NCBI GenBank assembly: GCA_965200875.1
Contig: OZ241456.1
Location: 704,001 to 768,000 of the forward strand
DNA: 64,000 bases
Direction: 5' to 3'
From: Bdellovibrionales bacterium
GTDB taxonomy: Bacteria > Bdellovibrionota > Bdellovibrionia > Bdellovibrionales > UBA1609
The notes below the pieces were generated by a model, which worked only from the letters and a program-made list of their open reading frames with translations, was not told where the DNA came from and made no database searches. Of the stretch, positions 41,111 through 50,766 are shown piece by piece. The first letter of the stretch is position 1. Each line of letters begins with the position of its first letter. A program made the translations under genes and the position numbers.

Positions 41111-41974
41111 ATGGTTTTGTCGGAAAAATTTAAGTTATCAGCTGGTGGAAAGTACTTGGGATGGAACAGAAGTAAAATTGTTTTTTTGATCATATTTTGT
41201 TTCAATGTCTCAAATCTTTTTGCGGTGCCCCCTCAAACCGGATTTCAGTTTGAGATAAATCCATTGATTGGAATGTCGTATCAAAATCAGGAGGAAAAAG
41301 AAAAAAAAATAATTTTGGAAAAGTTACAAATTAGTGAGCGAAAGAGGTTGATAAAATTGCTGAATAATCAAAAAAGTCTGGAAGAATTTTTAAAGAAGGA
41401 AAGCAAAGAAAATATTCAGGTGCTTTTTCAGATTGCAATTTCCTCTTCCTCTTTGGATAAAATCAGATATATTTTGGAAAACAGTTCTGTGGATATAAAT
41501 GCAAAAAATAATATTGAAGTTCCTTTTTTTCATTTGATTCTTATGAGACAAAATCAGGATATAGATATCACTAGATTTTTTTTAAATTATTCTGGTATGG
41601 ATTTGCATGCAGTAAACAAATGGGGTGATAATTTATTTCATGCTGTATTTCTGAGTGCTAAAAGATCAAAGTGGCTTCCTAACTTAAACCTTTTATTTGA
41701 TCATAAACAATTTAAGGATATTGCTCACTTATTGAACACCACAAATATCTATGGAGAAACTCCTATGGATTTTTTCATAAGGGAATTGATGAGCGGTAAC
41801 ACTCGTGTATCCATGCAGTATTTATATTCTATTTATCAGGCATTGAAAAGTAAAGGTGCTCGATACACTGTAAAATCGGAGGATGTAGAAAAAAAGATAC
41901 AGATTTTTATCCTGCAAAAAAAACCTAAATCAGCCCATCAAAATACATCTTCCTGTAGAGGAGCCTGGATATAG
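41111..41974 (+). CDS. Exported ankyrin-repeat-like protein
   Basis: VDINAKNN, LHAVNKWGDNLFH, NIYGETPMD. Confidence 0.6.
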   Translation: MVLSEKFKLSAGGKYLGWNRSKIVFLIIFCFNVSNLFAVPPQTGFQFEINPLIGMSYQNQEEKEKKIILEKLQISERKRLIKLLNNQKSLEEFLKKESKENIQVLFQIAISSSSLDKIRYILENSSVDINAKNNIEVPFFHLILMRQNQDIDITRFFLNYSGMDLHAVNKWGDNLFHAVFLSAKRSKWLPNLNLLFDHKQFKDIAHLLNTTNIYGETPMDFFIRELMSGNTRVSMQYLYSIYQALKSKGARYTVKSEDVEKKIQIFILQKKPKSAHQNTSSCRGAWI

Positions 41975-42071
41975 TAAAAAAACTGAATTCATGACATTTG
42001 GAAGAAATTTATTTTTTGCTGAAAATAAAAATTTTTGTTATAAATAATCATCTGTGAAAAAATATATTTTT

Positions 42072-42148
42072 GGGGTGGTGGTCTAGTTGGTTAGGATGCC
42101 GGCCTGTCACGCTGGAGATCGCGGGTTCGAGCCCCGTCCACCCCGCCA
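42072..42148 (+). tRNA. tRNA-Asp (GTC)
   Basis: GGGGTGG/CCACCCC acceptor stem, anticodon loop CTGTCAC, GGTTCGAG T-arm, encoded CCA. Confidence 0.96.
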
Positions 42149-42185
42149 TTTTATTTAATGCAAAATTAAACAAGGTTTTTCCCGG

Positions 42186-43151
42186 GTGATTGACATCAAA
42201 AATAACACTTCCATAAAATCGCATTGGTACTCTAATCCTTTTTGTACATTTTGTTTTGCCACTTTATGTTTTTGTCTTCTAGTCATTTTATGGGGTGCTT
42301 GGGTTCGCATTTCCCATTCCGGTGATGGATGTGGACAAAGCTGGCCCAGCTGTCATGGACAATATCTAATGGATTCGGGAGAACAGGCAAAAACCTGGAT
42401 AGAGTGGATCCATCGCGTAAGTTCTGGCTTATTTGGTATAATGGTTTTCATACTTACAGTTTGGACTTTTTTGAAGTTCCCTTTTCGGCAGATGATTTGC
42501 AAGAGTGTTTTATTCGTTCTTTTTTTTACTATCAGTGAAGCTTTAATTGGTGCGCGCTTGGTATTGGCTGGCCTTACCGGTAGTGACACTTCTTTAGCTC
42601 GCGTGTTGACCATGAATTTACACTTGTTAAACTCTTTACTGTTGACCAGTAGTATTTTTATATGTTGGCGCTTGTCTCTAGGTAGGCATTTTTCTTTGAG
42701 TGTTAAAGATAACCTTTCTTTATTTTCCGGAAGAAAACATTTGATTATTTTTATTCTGATTTTTTTTCTGCTGGCTTTTTTTGGTTCTCTATCCTCTCTT
42801 TCTGCCTCTTTGTTTCCTTCTTCTTCACTTTGGCAAGGGTTAAGTATGGATTTTGATTCAGACTCTCCTTGGCTCATTCGTTGGCGGTTGTTGCATCCCG
42901 TCTTGGCTCTGATTTGTGGAGGAGGATTTTTATATTATATTTTGCAAAAGTCTTTATTGAAAAATTCAAACTTTCTTCCGTTTAGTGGTTCCGGAAAAAT
43001 ATTTACTTTTTGTCTATGCCTGATTTTATTTTCTGGCCTGATGAATTTATTACTTCTCTCTCCAGTTTTTTTAAAACTTGCTCATCTGCTCATAGTTTAT
43101 TTGTTTTCCATGAGCTTTATACTCACCCTAGAAACAAAACCTAGTCAGTAA
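42186..43151 (+). CDS. ctaA: COX15/CtaA-family heme A synthase-like protein
   Basis: GAWVR..SGDGC..WPSCHG, EWIHR, further His residues in TM helices. Confidence 0.75.
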   Translation: MIDIKNNTSIKSHWYSNPFCTFCFATLCFCLLVILWGAWVRISHSGDGCGQSWPSCHGQYLMDSGEQAKTWIEWIHRVSSGLFGIMVFILTVWTFLKFPFRQMICKSVLFVLFFTISEALIGARLVLAGLTGSDTSLARVLTMNLHLLNSLLLTSSIFICWRLSLGRHFSLSVKDNLSLFSGRKHLIIFILIFFLLAFFGSLSSLSASLFPSSSLWQGLSMDFDSDSPWLIRWRLLHPVLALICGGGFLYYILQKSLLKNSNFLPFSGSGKIFTFCLCLILFSGLMNLLLLSPVFLKLAHLLIVYLFSMSFILTLETKPSQ

Positions 43152-43243
43152 AACCTGTTCTTGACCCTTCCAATCCCGTGAAAAGTCAGATATAAAATAA
43201 ATACTTTTTAAGTTTCCTAGACTTATACCCGATAACAATTTGT

Positions 43244-44029
43244 ATGAAAGCTTTTGTGATTTTTCTTTCTTTTTTTGTTTTCAGTTTTTTTTCAAATTCA
43301 AAAACGAAAACTCAAGTCAGAAAAAAAGTTAACTTTGAGCAATCGGTTATTCTGGAGGGAAACTCTCAGGGTTTTAACAACAGATGTATTCCAAAATTTG
43401 GAAAACCGGCCAAGTTGTTTGGTAATTTTGTGAAATTACAAACTAAACTTATCTCTTTACATATAAAGCTTGATAGAGCTAATGCAGAAGACGCTCGGTT
43501 ATCGGATAAAAACACTCATTTGCATGAAAAATACAATCGGTTGAAAAGCATAGGACGGCCAGCAGATGATCTATTTATTGAGGAATATAAAAACCTGTTG
43601 AGAGAAAATGATCAGCTGGTAACAGAGGGAGATCGTTTATTTAAGAAGGAATATATTATAAGTGCTAAATTCAGCTCTTTACAGCTTAAGCTTAATCAAT
43701 TACAGAGAATGTTTTACCTTTCGTTGCCTTTAGGTCAGCCTTCATCGTATGCGTTGAAAGAATCAGCAGGGTTGCTGGAAAAACAAATTGCCATTATGAA
43801 AAAACATATTGTTCTTGTGAAAAACCGAATTCGCCTTATTAAAAAACAAATTTCTCTGGTAAAAAAAAGAATTGCTTTGCTGGGCAGATTCGACTTGGAA
43901 ATGGTTAAGCTTCCAGAGTCTGAAAAACAGAAAGAGTATGAGTCTCATCTGAAAAATTCTATTGAGCAGAATCTGAAATTAAAAAGCCGAATTATAGCCA
44001 GCCCGCCAGAAAACAAGACGAAAGAATAA
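43244..44029 (+). CDS. Exported coiled-coil hypothetical protein
   Basis: Signal-like N-terminus; heptad-rich body. Confidence 0.55.
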   Translation: MKAFVIFLSFFVFSFFSNSKTKTQVRKKVNFEQSVILEGNSQGFNNRCIPKFGKPAKLFGNFVKLQTKLISLHIKLDRANAEDARLSDKNTHLHEKYNRLKSIGRPADDLFIEEYKNLLRENDQLVTEGDRLFKKEYIISAKFSSLQLKLNQLQRMFYLSLPLGQPSSYALKESAGLLEKQIAIMKKHIVLVKNRIRLIKKQISLVKKRIALLGRFDLEMVKLPESEKQKEYESHLKNSIEQNLKLKSRIIASPPENKTKE

Positions 44030-44165
44030 TCATAAGGTTCTGAAAAATCAATTTTAGCAAGACTATTATACAGGTATAAAGGTCTGTTTTGCAAAAAAAT
44101 AGCATAGATACGAAAAACAGACATTTTCTTTTCTTTTCTTTCTTATAAATTCCGAAAAATACAAT

Positions 44166-45236
44166 ATGAAAGTAAATGGTTTTTCCAGTAAAAAACACAG
44201 AAGAGTTTCTATAGTTGTTATTATAGCAATTAGTGTATTTTTTTTTAATTGCGCTGATCTATATATTTCTGCTTGGAATTGCACAGAGGATGGAGGATAC
44301 GAGTGCAAGCAATATGGTGACACGAGTTTTTTGGTTGAAAAGCCAATGGATATTTTGATTGTGTTGGATAATTCTTCTTCTGCTCAGGAATTAAATTCTC
44401 AAATCGTGATAAATCTCAATCAGTTTTTGAAATGTATAGAGCCTGTGGATTGGAGAGTAGGTGTTGTGTCTGGTATTGAAAACGAAGAAGTCGAGTTTTT
44501 TGGGAATCTGATAAATTTGGAAATGCAAGGGCAGGTTTCCACTCAAAATTTTGTCAGCATGAATACTAAAAATTATAAAAAAGTGTTTTCTGATACGATT
44601 TCTTTAAGTTCTGGTTGTGACTATCCTCCCTATTGTGAGGAAGGTTCTCATAAGCCTTTAAGTGCGGTAAAGTCCTTTATGCAGAAAAAAGAAGGTGGTT
44701 TTGATGGTTTTTTAAGAGGATATGCTCCTTTAGCCGTTATCATCGTGTCCACATCAGATGAGACAGATGGGTTGTTTTCTGACATGGAGACTTCTTCTAA
44801 AGAGGCATTGGAAGTGATTTATAGTGAATATGATGAAAAGAATTTCATTGGATTGACTGTAACAGACGCAGAGAACAAGGATGATTGTATTACCACAACT
44901 GGAGAATATATATCCAGCGGAATAGATTTTTTAACTGACGCAGGAATGGTGTATGGCTTGGTAACTTTTGAGCCTGTAACTATGGTGGCTTCTCAGGTTA
45001 TTTCTCATTTTTCCGGGGAAATGTCTGTTCTTGATGATGAGGAAATACCAGAAATTGTAAAGTTTGCTAAAATTGCAGGAGGTTCTGCTTTTGATATTTG
45101 CAAGCCGGCTTTTGGAAAAGCTCTTGCTTACAGTGTTTTGCAGAAAATGAACATGGAAGATCGTTTTCCAGATGAATGTGGGCAAATCAAACGAAAACAA
45201 AAAAGTAATTCAAGATCAGCCGAAAACAACAAATAA
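44166..45236 (+). CDS. vWA-like domain lipoprotein, hypothetical
   Basis: DILIVLDNSSS (MIDAS-like), DWRVGVVS, LAVIIVSTSDE. Confidence 0.6.
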   Translation: MKVNGFSSKKHRRVSIVVIIAISVFFFNCADLYISAWNCTEDGGYECKQYGDTSFLVEKPMDILIVLDNSSSAQELNSQIVINLNQFLKCIEPVDWRVGVVSGIENEEVEFFGNLINLEMQGQVSTQNFVSMNTKNYKKVFSDTISLSSGCDYPPYCEEGSHKPLSAVKSFMQKKEGGFDGFLRGYAPLAVIIVSTSDETDGLFSDMETSSKEALEVIYSEYDEKNFIGLTVTDAENKDDCITTTGEYISSGIDFLTDAGMVYGLVTFEPVTMVASQVISHFSGEMSVLDDEEIPEIVKFAKIAGGSAFDICKPAFGKALAYSVLQKMNMEDRFPDECGQIKRKQKSNSRSAENNK

Positions 45237-45302
45237 ATAAAAGTGGACTTTTTCAGAGTTGGCTGTATTATATAGCAGGTAATTAAATGGTGGAGGTTAA
45301 AA

Positions 45303-46835
45303 TTGACGAATAAAAAAAAACAGGTGACTGAAGATTCCTCGGAAGGAAAACAGGTTTATCAGCCACCTAAGGGACAAAAAAAAATGTGGTCTTGGAAGAA
45401 AGGCGGAAAAAGCATTGATTGTTCCGTGGAAGCAGATTGGTTGATTATTCGTAAAAAAGAAAAACCTTCCGCTGATATTTTTTATACATATTACTGTTGT
45501 AAAACGAATAAAAAACCTCGTCCGATCACTTTTGTTTTTAATGGAGGCCCTGGAGCCTCTTCTGCTTATCTTCATGTGGGTGCTATGGGCCCAAAGGTAG
45601 CTGTTTTTGGTGATAGAGGGGAATGTGCTTCTCCTCCTGCTCGCTTGAAAAATAACGAAGAAAGCTGGTGTGATTTTACAGATTTGGTTTTTGTGGATCC
45701 CGTGGGCACTGGGTTCAGTCGCTCTTTGGATGAAGTGGATTTTACTCCTCCTGATAAAGATAAGAAAAACAAAGAGAATCCAAAAGTTTCCGGCCAGGAA
45801 TTTTATAAAATGAATCGGGATCTGGAAATAATTGGAGAATTTATACAACAATTTCTATCAAAATACCGCCGTTGGTCTTCCCCGGTGTTTATTGCCGGAG
45901 AAAGCTATGGAGGGTTTCGTGTGGCCAAGTTGTCCCGAAAACTGCAAGAGGATTATGGAGTGGGTTTATGTGGAGTTATACTGATTTCCCCTTGTGTGGA
46001 ATTAACCTCTCGTTCCTCCAGTGACTACAACATCTTGCATTGGGTGGAATCTTTTCCAACAATGACAGCCTCAGCCGTTTATCATAAAAAGTCATCCTGT
46101 TTTTCCGGCCAGGAAAAAAAGATGGAGCTAGGTGCAGATTTACGAGCTTTTTTAAAATCTGCGGAAGATTTTGCAGTTAATGAAATGAGTTGTCTTCTTG
46201 TTCAGGGCGAACGAATGGATGAGAAAAAAAGAAAAGCTATTATGCAAAAAATAGTGGATTTTACAGGTGTGCCTTTTGAAAAAATCAGCACTGGAAACGC
46301 GCGTCTTCATCTGTGGCAGTTTTGCCGCTCGCTTTTGAAAAAAGAAAGAAAGTGGTGTGGAATATATGATACTTCTGTTACCTCGTACGACCCTTTTCCC
46401 AACAGAGATCAATTTGAAGGTGCAGATCCCACTTTGTCTGGTATCGAACATATTTTCAGTCATGGTATTAATACTTTATTGCGGGAGTTTTTGGAATTGG
46501 ACTGTGAAAGACAGTATCGCCTTTTAAACAGAGAGATTAACAAAAGCTGGAAGCAGGATAAGCAAAGACATTTTTTTGATCTGCAAATAGGAGCTACTGA
46601 CGATTTACGTTACGCTATGGCTATGAATCCTCAAATGAAAGTATTTATTTGTCATGGAGTGTTTGATTTGGTGACGCCTTATTTCTCTTCTGAAAGAGTG
46701 ATTCAGCTGATGAATCTTCCAGAGTCCTTAAAACGTAACATTTCTTTTCAAGTATTTCACGGCGGACACATGTTTTATACATGGAAACATTCGCGTCAGG
46801 CTTTTAAGGAAAATATCCAAAAGCTTTATAAATAA
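45303..46835 (+). CDS. Peptidase S10 serine carboxypeptidase
   Basis: FNGGPGASS, DPVGTGFS, GESYGG, DLVTP, GGHMFY. Confidence 0.92.
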   Translation: MTNKKKQVTEDSSEGKQVYQPPKGQKKMWSWKKGGKSIDCSVEADWLIIRKKEKPSADIFYTYYCCKTNKKPRPITFVFNGGPGASSAYLHVGAMGPKVAVFGDRGECASPPARLKNNEESWCDFTDLVFVDPVGTGFSRSLDEVDFTPPDKDKKNKENPKVSGQEFYKMNRDLEIIGEFIQQFLSKYRRWSSPVFIAGESYGGFRVAKLSRKLQEDYGVGLCGVILISPCVELTSRSSSDYNILHWVESFPTMTASAVYHKKSSCFSGQEKKMELGADLRAFLKSAEDFAVNEMSCLLVQGERMDEKKRKAIMQKIVDFTGVPFEKISTGNARLHLWQFCRSLLKKERKWCGIYDTSVTSYDPFPNRDQFEGADPTLSGIEHIFSHGINTLLREFLELDCERQYRLLNREINKSWKQDKQRHFFDLQIGATDDLRYAMAMNPQMKVFICHGVFDLVTPYFSSERVIQLMNLPESLKRNISFQVFHGGHMFYTWKHSRQAFKENIQKLYK

Positions 46836-46877
46836 CCGTGCCTGAAAAAGTCTTTAAGTTGTTGTGCTTGGTTGAAG

Positions 46878-48230
46878 TTAGGCTCTTTTTTGAATCCACC
46901 TAAGGCAGGTGGCAGAGTGTCTTAAAAGAGAGTACGCATCCATTTTTCCGGCCTGCTCAGGGTTTAAATGTAACAAACGATCCGGTATTTTCTTTTTTGC
47001 GAACATATTTTGTTTTTTGTATAAAACAAAATACTCATTTCTGGAATCCATTTTCGGTAAAATACCTGTTATGGAAAAGTTAGGGAACAAAATATTAAGC
47101 TTCTCCAAAGCCGTGTTAAAAAGTTTGGCTAAAACAGGCTGGTTAAATCGTTCATCATAAGGACAAAGCATCCATAAATCCACATTGTGGGGATCAGATG
47201 GTGTTTTCTTTAAACATATTATTTGATTTGCAGTGTCCGAAGAGAATATTGACTGTGAGTTAATTTTACAATCCGGCATAATCAATAAAATAGAAGGAAT
47301 ACTTTTTTCAAAATTCCCTTGATCCCAAGATAAGGGAAACCTCAGCCATATTTTTACAGGTTTTTCCCATCGTGGAAAAAGCACTGGAAAATTTTCCGGG
47401 AAAAATCTTTTAGTTTCCAGTCCATTTAATGTCCATACTAAAAAATCAGATGATTCTTCCCATTCATAAAGTTTTAACTGAATATGTTTTTTTCTGAACT
47501 CTAAAAAGCACTGCACGCTCTTTTGTGTGCTTTCTGTTGTTTTTATACTCTCTTTGAGAGTATTCGCATTTTTATCCTTTATATTGTTTTCTTCGTATGT
47601 GTTTCTCTGGCTGGGAAATATATCAACCCACTTCACACCCTCTTTTTGCAACGAACTTTTTACTTCCTCAAAATATCTTTTTGAAGATTCCCTGAAAACA
47701 TAATCAGAAAAAATAGGACTTAATTCGTTACAAAAAGCTTCCAAATGGCTATTTGTTAATTCTGCCGACAGGCGCAACAAATTGCTGTGTTGTTCAAGCT
47801 TGTTATAAAGAACTTTTTTTTTGGAGAAGCCAAAAAAATTTGGATCAGAATGAGATAAAACAGAATAACAAAGCTGAAAATTTTTTCGAGTTTTTCGAAA
47901 AAAATTGCTTAAAGGACCTTGTAGTTCTAAAGGACCTTGAGAAGTAAAAAGAGAAAAACCCTTTTGAACAGGATAATAATTATCTCCACATAAATATTGT
48001 TTTTCTAAATCGCTCAAGTGAGAAGGTAAAAAAACACCAAAAGGACCTTCCCGCTCTGCTGAAGATACAGAAGGAAGAAGAGCCGTCACATCATAAACCG
48101 AAACTTTAAAACCCTTCAGCCTGAGTTGGTGAGCCAAGCAAGCTCCTCGCCCATAAGCAGATACAAGTATCACCTTTTTGAAACGAGACACGGTCCTGTG
48201 ATTTCTTTCTTTTGTTGTTTTTTTACTCAT
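46878..48230 (-). CDS. Hypothetical protein with degenerate Rossmann-like N-terminus
   Basis: VILVSAYGRGACLAHQL..GFKVSVYDV. Confidence 0.55.
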   Translation of the reverse strand: MSKKTTKERNHRTVSRFKKVILVSAYGRGACLAHQLRLKGFKVSVYDVTALLPSVSSAEREGPFGVFLPSHLSDLEKQYLCGDNYYPVQKGFSLFTSQGPLELQGPLSNFFRKTRKNFQLCYSVLSHSDPNFFGFSKKKVLYNKLEQHSNLLRLSAELTNSHLEAFCNELSPIFSDYVFRESSKRYFEEVKSSLQKEGVKWVDIFPSQRNTYEENNIKDKNANTLKESIKTTESTQKSVQCFLEFRKKHIQLKLYEWEESSDFLVWTLNGLETKRFFPENFPVLFPRWEKPVKIWLRFPLSWDQGNFEKSIPSILLIMPDCKINSQSIFSSDTANQIICLKKTPSDPHNVDLWMLCPYDERFNQPVLAKLFNTALEKLNILFPNFSITGILPKMDSRNEYFVLYKKQNMFAKKKIPDRLLHLNPEQAGKMDAYSLLRHSATCLRWIQKRA

Positions 48231-48234
48231 TAGT

Positions 48235-48365
48235 TAGTCCGCCGTGAAAAAAGTATGTGATTTTAAGGAAAAAGAATGAAACATCTCCCTAAAACTCCAC
48301 AAGATTCCCGTTTTCACGGGAATGACATTTATATGAAAAACTGCAATACTCTTGCAGTTTTCATG
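48235..48365 (+). repeat. Family B element with ATTCCC-N8-GGGAAT palindrome
   Basis: TAGTCCGCCGTGAAAAA end; ATTCCCGTTTTCACGGGAAT at 48304-48323; second hairpin ATGAAAAACTGCAA/TTGCAGTTTTCAT. Confidence 0.65.
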
Positions 48366-48385
48366 CCTCTTAAAACCAAAGATCT

Positions 48386-49396
48386 TTAATCCATAATATG
48401 CCAAGAAGGTTCTTGTTCTTTCTGAGTTGCAACATATCCTATATCCAAAGCGGAAAAACCTTTTGCTTTTACAATTTTTTGGACTTGTTTAAAAACAGAA
48501 GAGGAGACCACCAGAACTAAACCCACACCACAATTAAAGGTTTTCAACATTTCTATATGATTTATCCCTGCTCTGTTCTGCACTTCCTTAAAAGCCAAAG
48601 GCATTTCCCATTTCTTTATCTCTGCCCGGCTTCTCTGTGGTAATACCCTAGGCAAATTATCCATCCCCCCTCCAGTAATATGAGATATAGCTTTTAGACC
48701 CTCTATTTTAAACAGTTCTAAAGCCAAAGAAACATACAAGGCAGTTGGTCTTAAAAGCTCTTTTTCCCACTTGTGCAAATCCTTTTGAAAAATTTTTCTC
48801 AACAAGGAAAAACCGTTGCTGTGAAATCCTGAACTGGAAACCCCTATTAAGCGATCACCCACTTTCACTTTCTTCGCACCTAATATTTTACTTCGTTCCA
48901 CTACTCCCACTGCAAATCCGGCACAATCAAAATTAAATCCTGTGTAACAGCCCGGCATTTCGGCTGTTTCCCCTCCCAGTAAAATACATATACTTTGTTC
49001 ACAGGCTTTTTGCACCCCGCTTAAAAACTCACGGGCTTGTTTCTGACGAATTTGTCCACAAGCGTAGTAATCCATGAAAAATAAAGGTTTTGCACCACTG
49101 CAAATCAGATCGTTTACACACATAGCCACCAGATCCTGTCCCACTTCCCTGTATCGTTGAAAATGAACCGCCAATTTCAATTTTGTGCCTACTCCATCCG
49201 TGCTGGCAGATAAGCAAGGTTCTTTCATGTTAGGAAATACAGCCTGGAACAAACCTGTATAAGCTCCTATACCAGACAGCACTCTTGAAGAGCCTCCTGA
49301 ATTAGCAGACACAAAAGAAGATTTTTTTTGCAACCACTGAATCAGTTTGTCTGATTCAGTAATATTCACACCTGATAAACGATAATTCATAAACAC
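48386..49396 (-). CDS. purM: Phosphoribosylformylglycinamidine cyclo-ligase (AIR synthase)
   Basis: STDGVGTKL, DLVAMCVND, GGETAEMPG, SSGFHSNGFSL, HITGGG. Confidence 0.95.
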   Translation of the reverse strand: MFMNYRLSGVNITESDKLIQWLQKKSSFVSANSGGSSRVLSGIGAYTGLFQAVFPNMKEPCLSASTDGVGTKLKLAVHFQRYREVGQDLVAMCVNDLICSGAKPLFFMDYYACGQIRQKQAREFLSGVQKACEQSICILLGGETAEMPGCYTGFNFDCAGFAVGVVERSKILGAKKVKVGDRLIGVSSSGFHSNGFSLLRKIFQKDLHKWEKELLRPTALYVSLALELFKIEGLKAISHITGGGMDNLPRVLPQRSRAEIKKWEMPLAFKEVQNRAGINHIEMLKTFNCGVGLVLVVSSSVFKQVQKIVKAKGFSALDIGYVATQKEQEPSWHIMD

Positions 49397-49410
49397 CCTT
49401 TTTTATAATT

Positions 49411-50760
49411 TTACATTCTTTTAGGCAACACAGAAATACGAACAGGTATGCCTTTCAGGTCCCATTTGTTCTGAATTTGACGAATCAGAAACCGGCGGTA
49501 GGAATCCCTGATTCCCTGAGGGCAGTTGGCAAAAGCAATGAAAGAAGGGGGAGTTTGTTTTGTTTGTGTCAAATAGTAAAGCTTCACATCCTGTGTTCCG
49601 TAAACCGGAGCTGGGGCTTTGCGGATCACCTGCGTGAAAAAGCGATTTAACTCTGAAGTGGAAATACGTGCTTGCAGTTTTTGACACATATTTTCCACTT
49701 TTTTCATTAAAACCCCTAAGCCGGAAGAGCGTAAAGCACTGATAAAAACCACCGGCAAATCTGGATAGAAACGAAATTTATCCTGAATATTCTTTCTGTA
49801 TTCCTCTTTTTTTTGCCCAAAGGGGAAATTCATCATTTTATTGTTATTTTCTTCTTCCTCGGTCAAATCCCATTTATTGACAACCATAATCACTGCTTTA
49901 TGCTCTTTCATACATAGATGAATCAGCTGTGCGTCCTGTCTGCCCGGACCAGCAGGATAATCCACTAAAAGCAATATTAAATCCGCTGTCTTAAAATTTT
50001 GGCGGGTTTTAAAATCTGCCAGAGATTGTGGTTTATCTTTTCCGGTTTTTGTTTTTCCAGCTGTATCTGATAAAGTATAAAATTTGCCACCATACTGAAA
50101 TTGATCCGATACCACATCCATAGTGGTGCCTGCCACAGGAGAAGTTAACATTCGCTCCTGTTTTAACAAAGCATTACACAAAGTGCTCTTGCCCACATTG
50201 GTTTTTCCAATCAGCAAAAGACGCTCTGCTGATTTTTCTTTTTCCAAGGGTTTTGTTTGCTTGTTCTTTTGCCGATCCATTTGACTTACAATCCAGTCCA
50301 CTATTTCAGATATGCCTCTGTCTTTTTCAAAAGCGCAAGCCAACAATCGGCAACCCAGATGATAAAAATCACTTAATAATAACTCCTCTTTTTTTTGTTC
50401 ATCCACTTTATTGATGAGAACAAAAAAAGGTTTTCCAGATTTTCTAACTAGATGAAATGTTTTTTTATCTTCTTCCAAAAGCCCTGAGCGAGCATCCATC
50501 ACACATAAAATCAAATCAGACTCCTGCACAGCTTGTTTGACTTTTGTGTTAATGATTTTTTCGTAAGAAGATTCTTCTGCCCACAGGCCACCGGAATCCC
50601 AAACTTCAAAATTATTTCCCCACCATGAGGTTTTTTGTTTCAAAATATCCCGTGTCACCCCTGGTTGGTTGACAACCAAAGATTGCCTCTTTCGGATTAG
50701 ACGATTAAAAAGAGAGGATTTTCCAACATTTGGTCGCCCCACGATTAAAACACGGTTCAT
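49411..50760 (-). CDS. der: Ribosome biogenesis GTPase Der (EngA)
   Basis: Two G domains (GRPNVGKS, GKTNVGKS) plus KH-like C-terminus. Confidence 0.95.
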   Translation of the reverse strand: MNRVLIVGRPNVGKSSLFNRLIRKRQSLVVNQPGVTRDILKQKTSWWGNNFEVWDSGGLWAEESSYEKIINTKVKQAVQESDLILCVMDARSGLLEEDKKTFHLVRKSGKPFFVLINKVDEQKKEELLLSDFYHLGCRLLACAFEKDRGISEIVDWIVSQMDRQKNKQTKPLEKEKSAERLLLIGKTNVGKSTLCNALLKQERMLTSPVAGTTMDVVSDQFQYGGKFYTLSDTAGKTKTGKDKPQSLADFKTRQNFKTADLILLLVDYPAGPGRQDAQLIHLCMKEHKAVIMVVNKWDLTEEEENNNKMMNFPFGQKKEEYRKNIQDKFRFYPDLPVVFISALRSSGLGVLMKKVENMCQKLQARISTSELNRFFTQVIRKAPAPVYGTQDVKLYYLTQTKQTPPSFIAFANCPQGIRDSYRRFLIRQIQNKWDLKGIPVRISVLPKRM

Positions 50761-50766
50761 ATTTGC

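Noticed and set aside
42072..42148. tRNA-Asp as an island integration site
   Set aside because: No integrase nearby and no duplicated tRNA 3' end noticed
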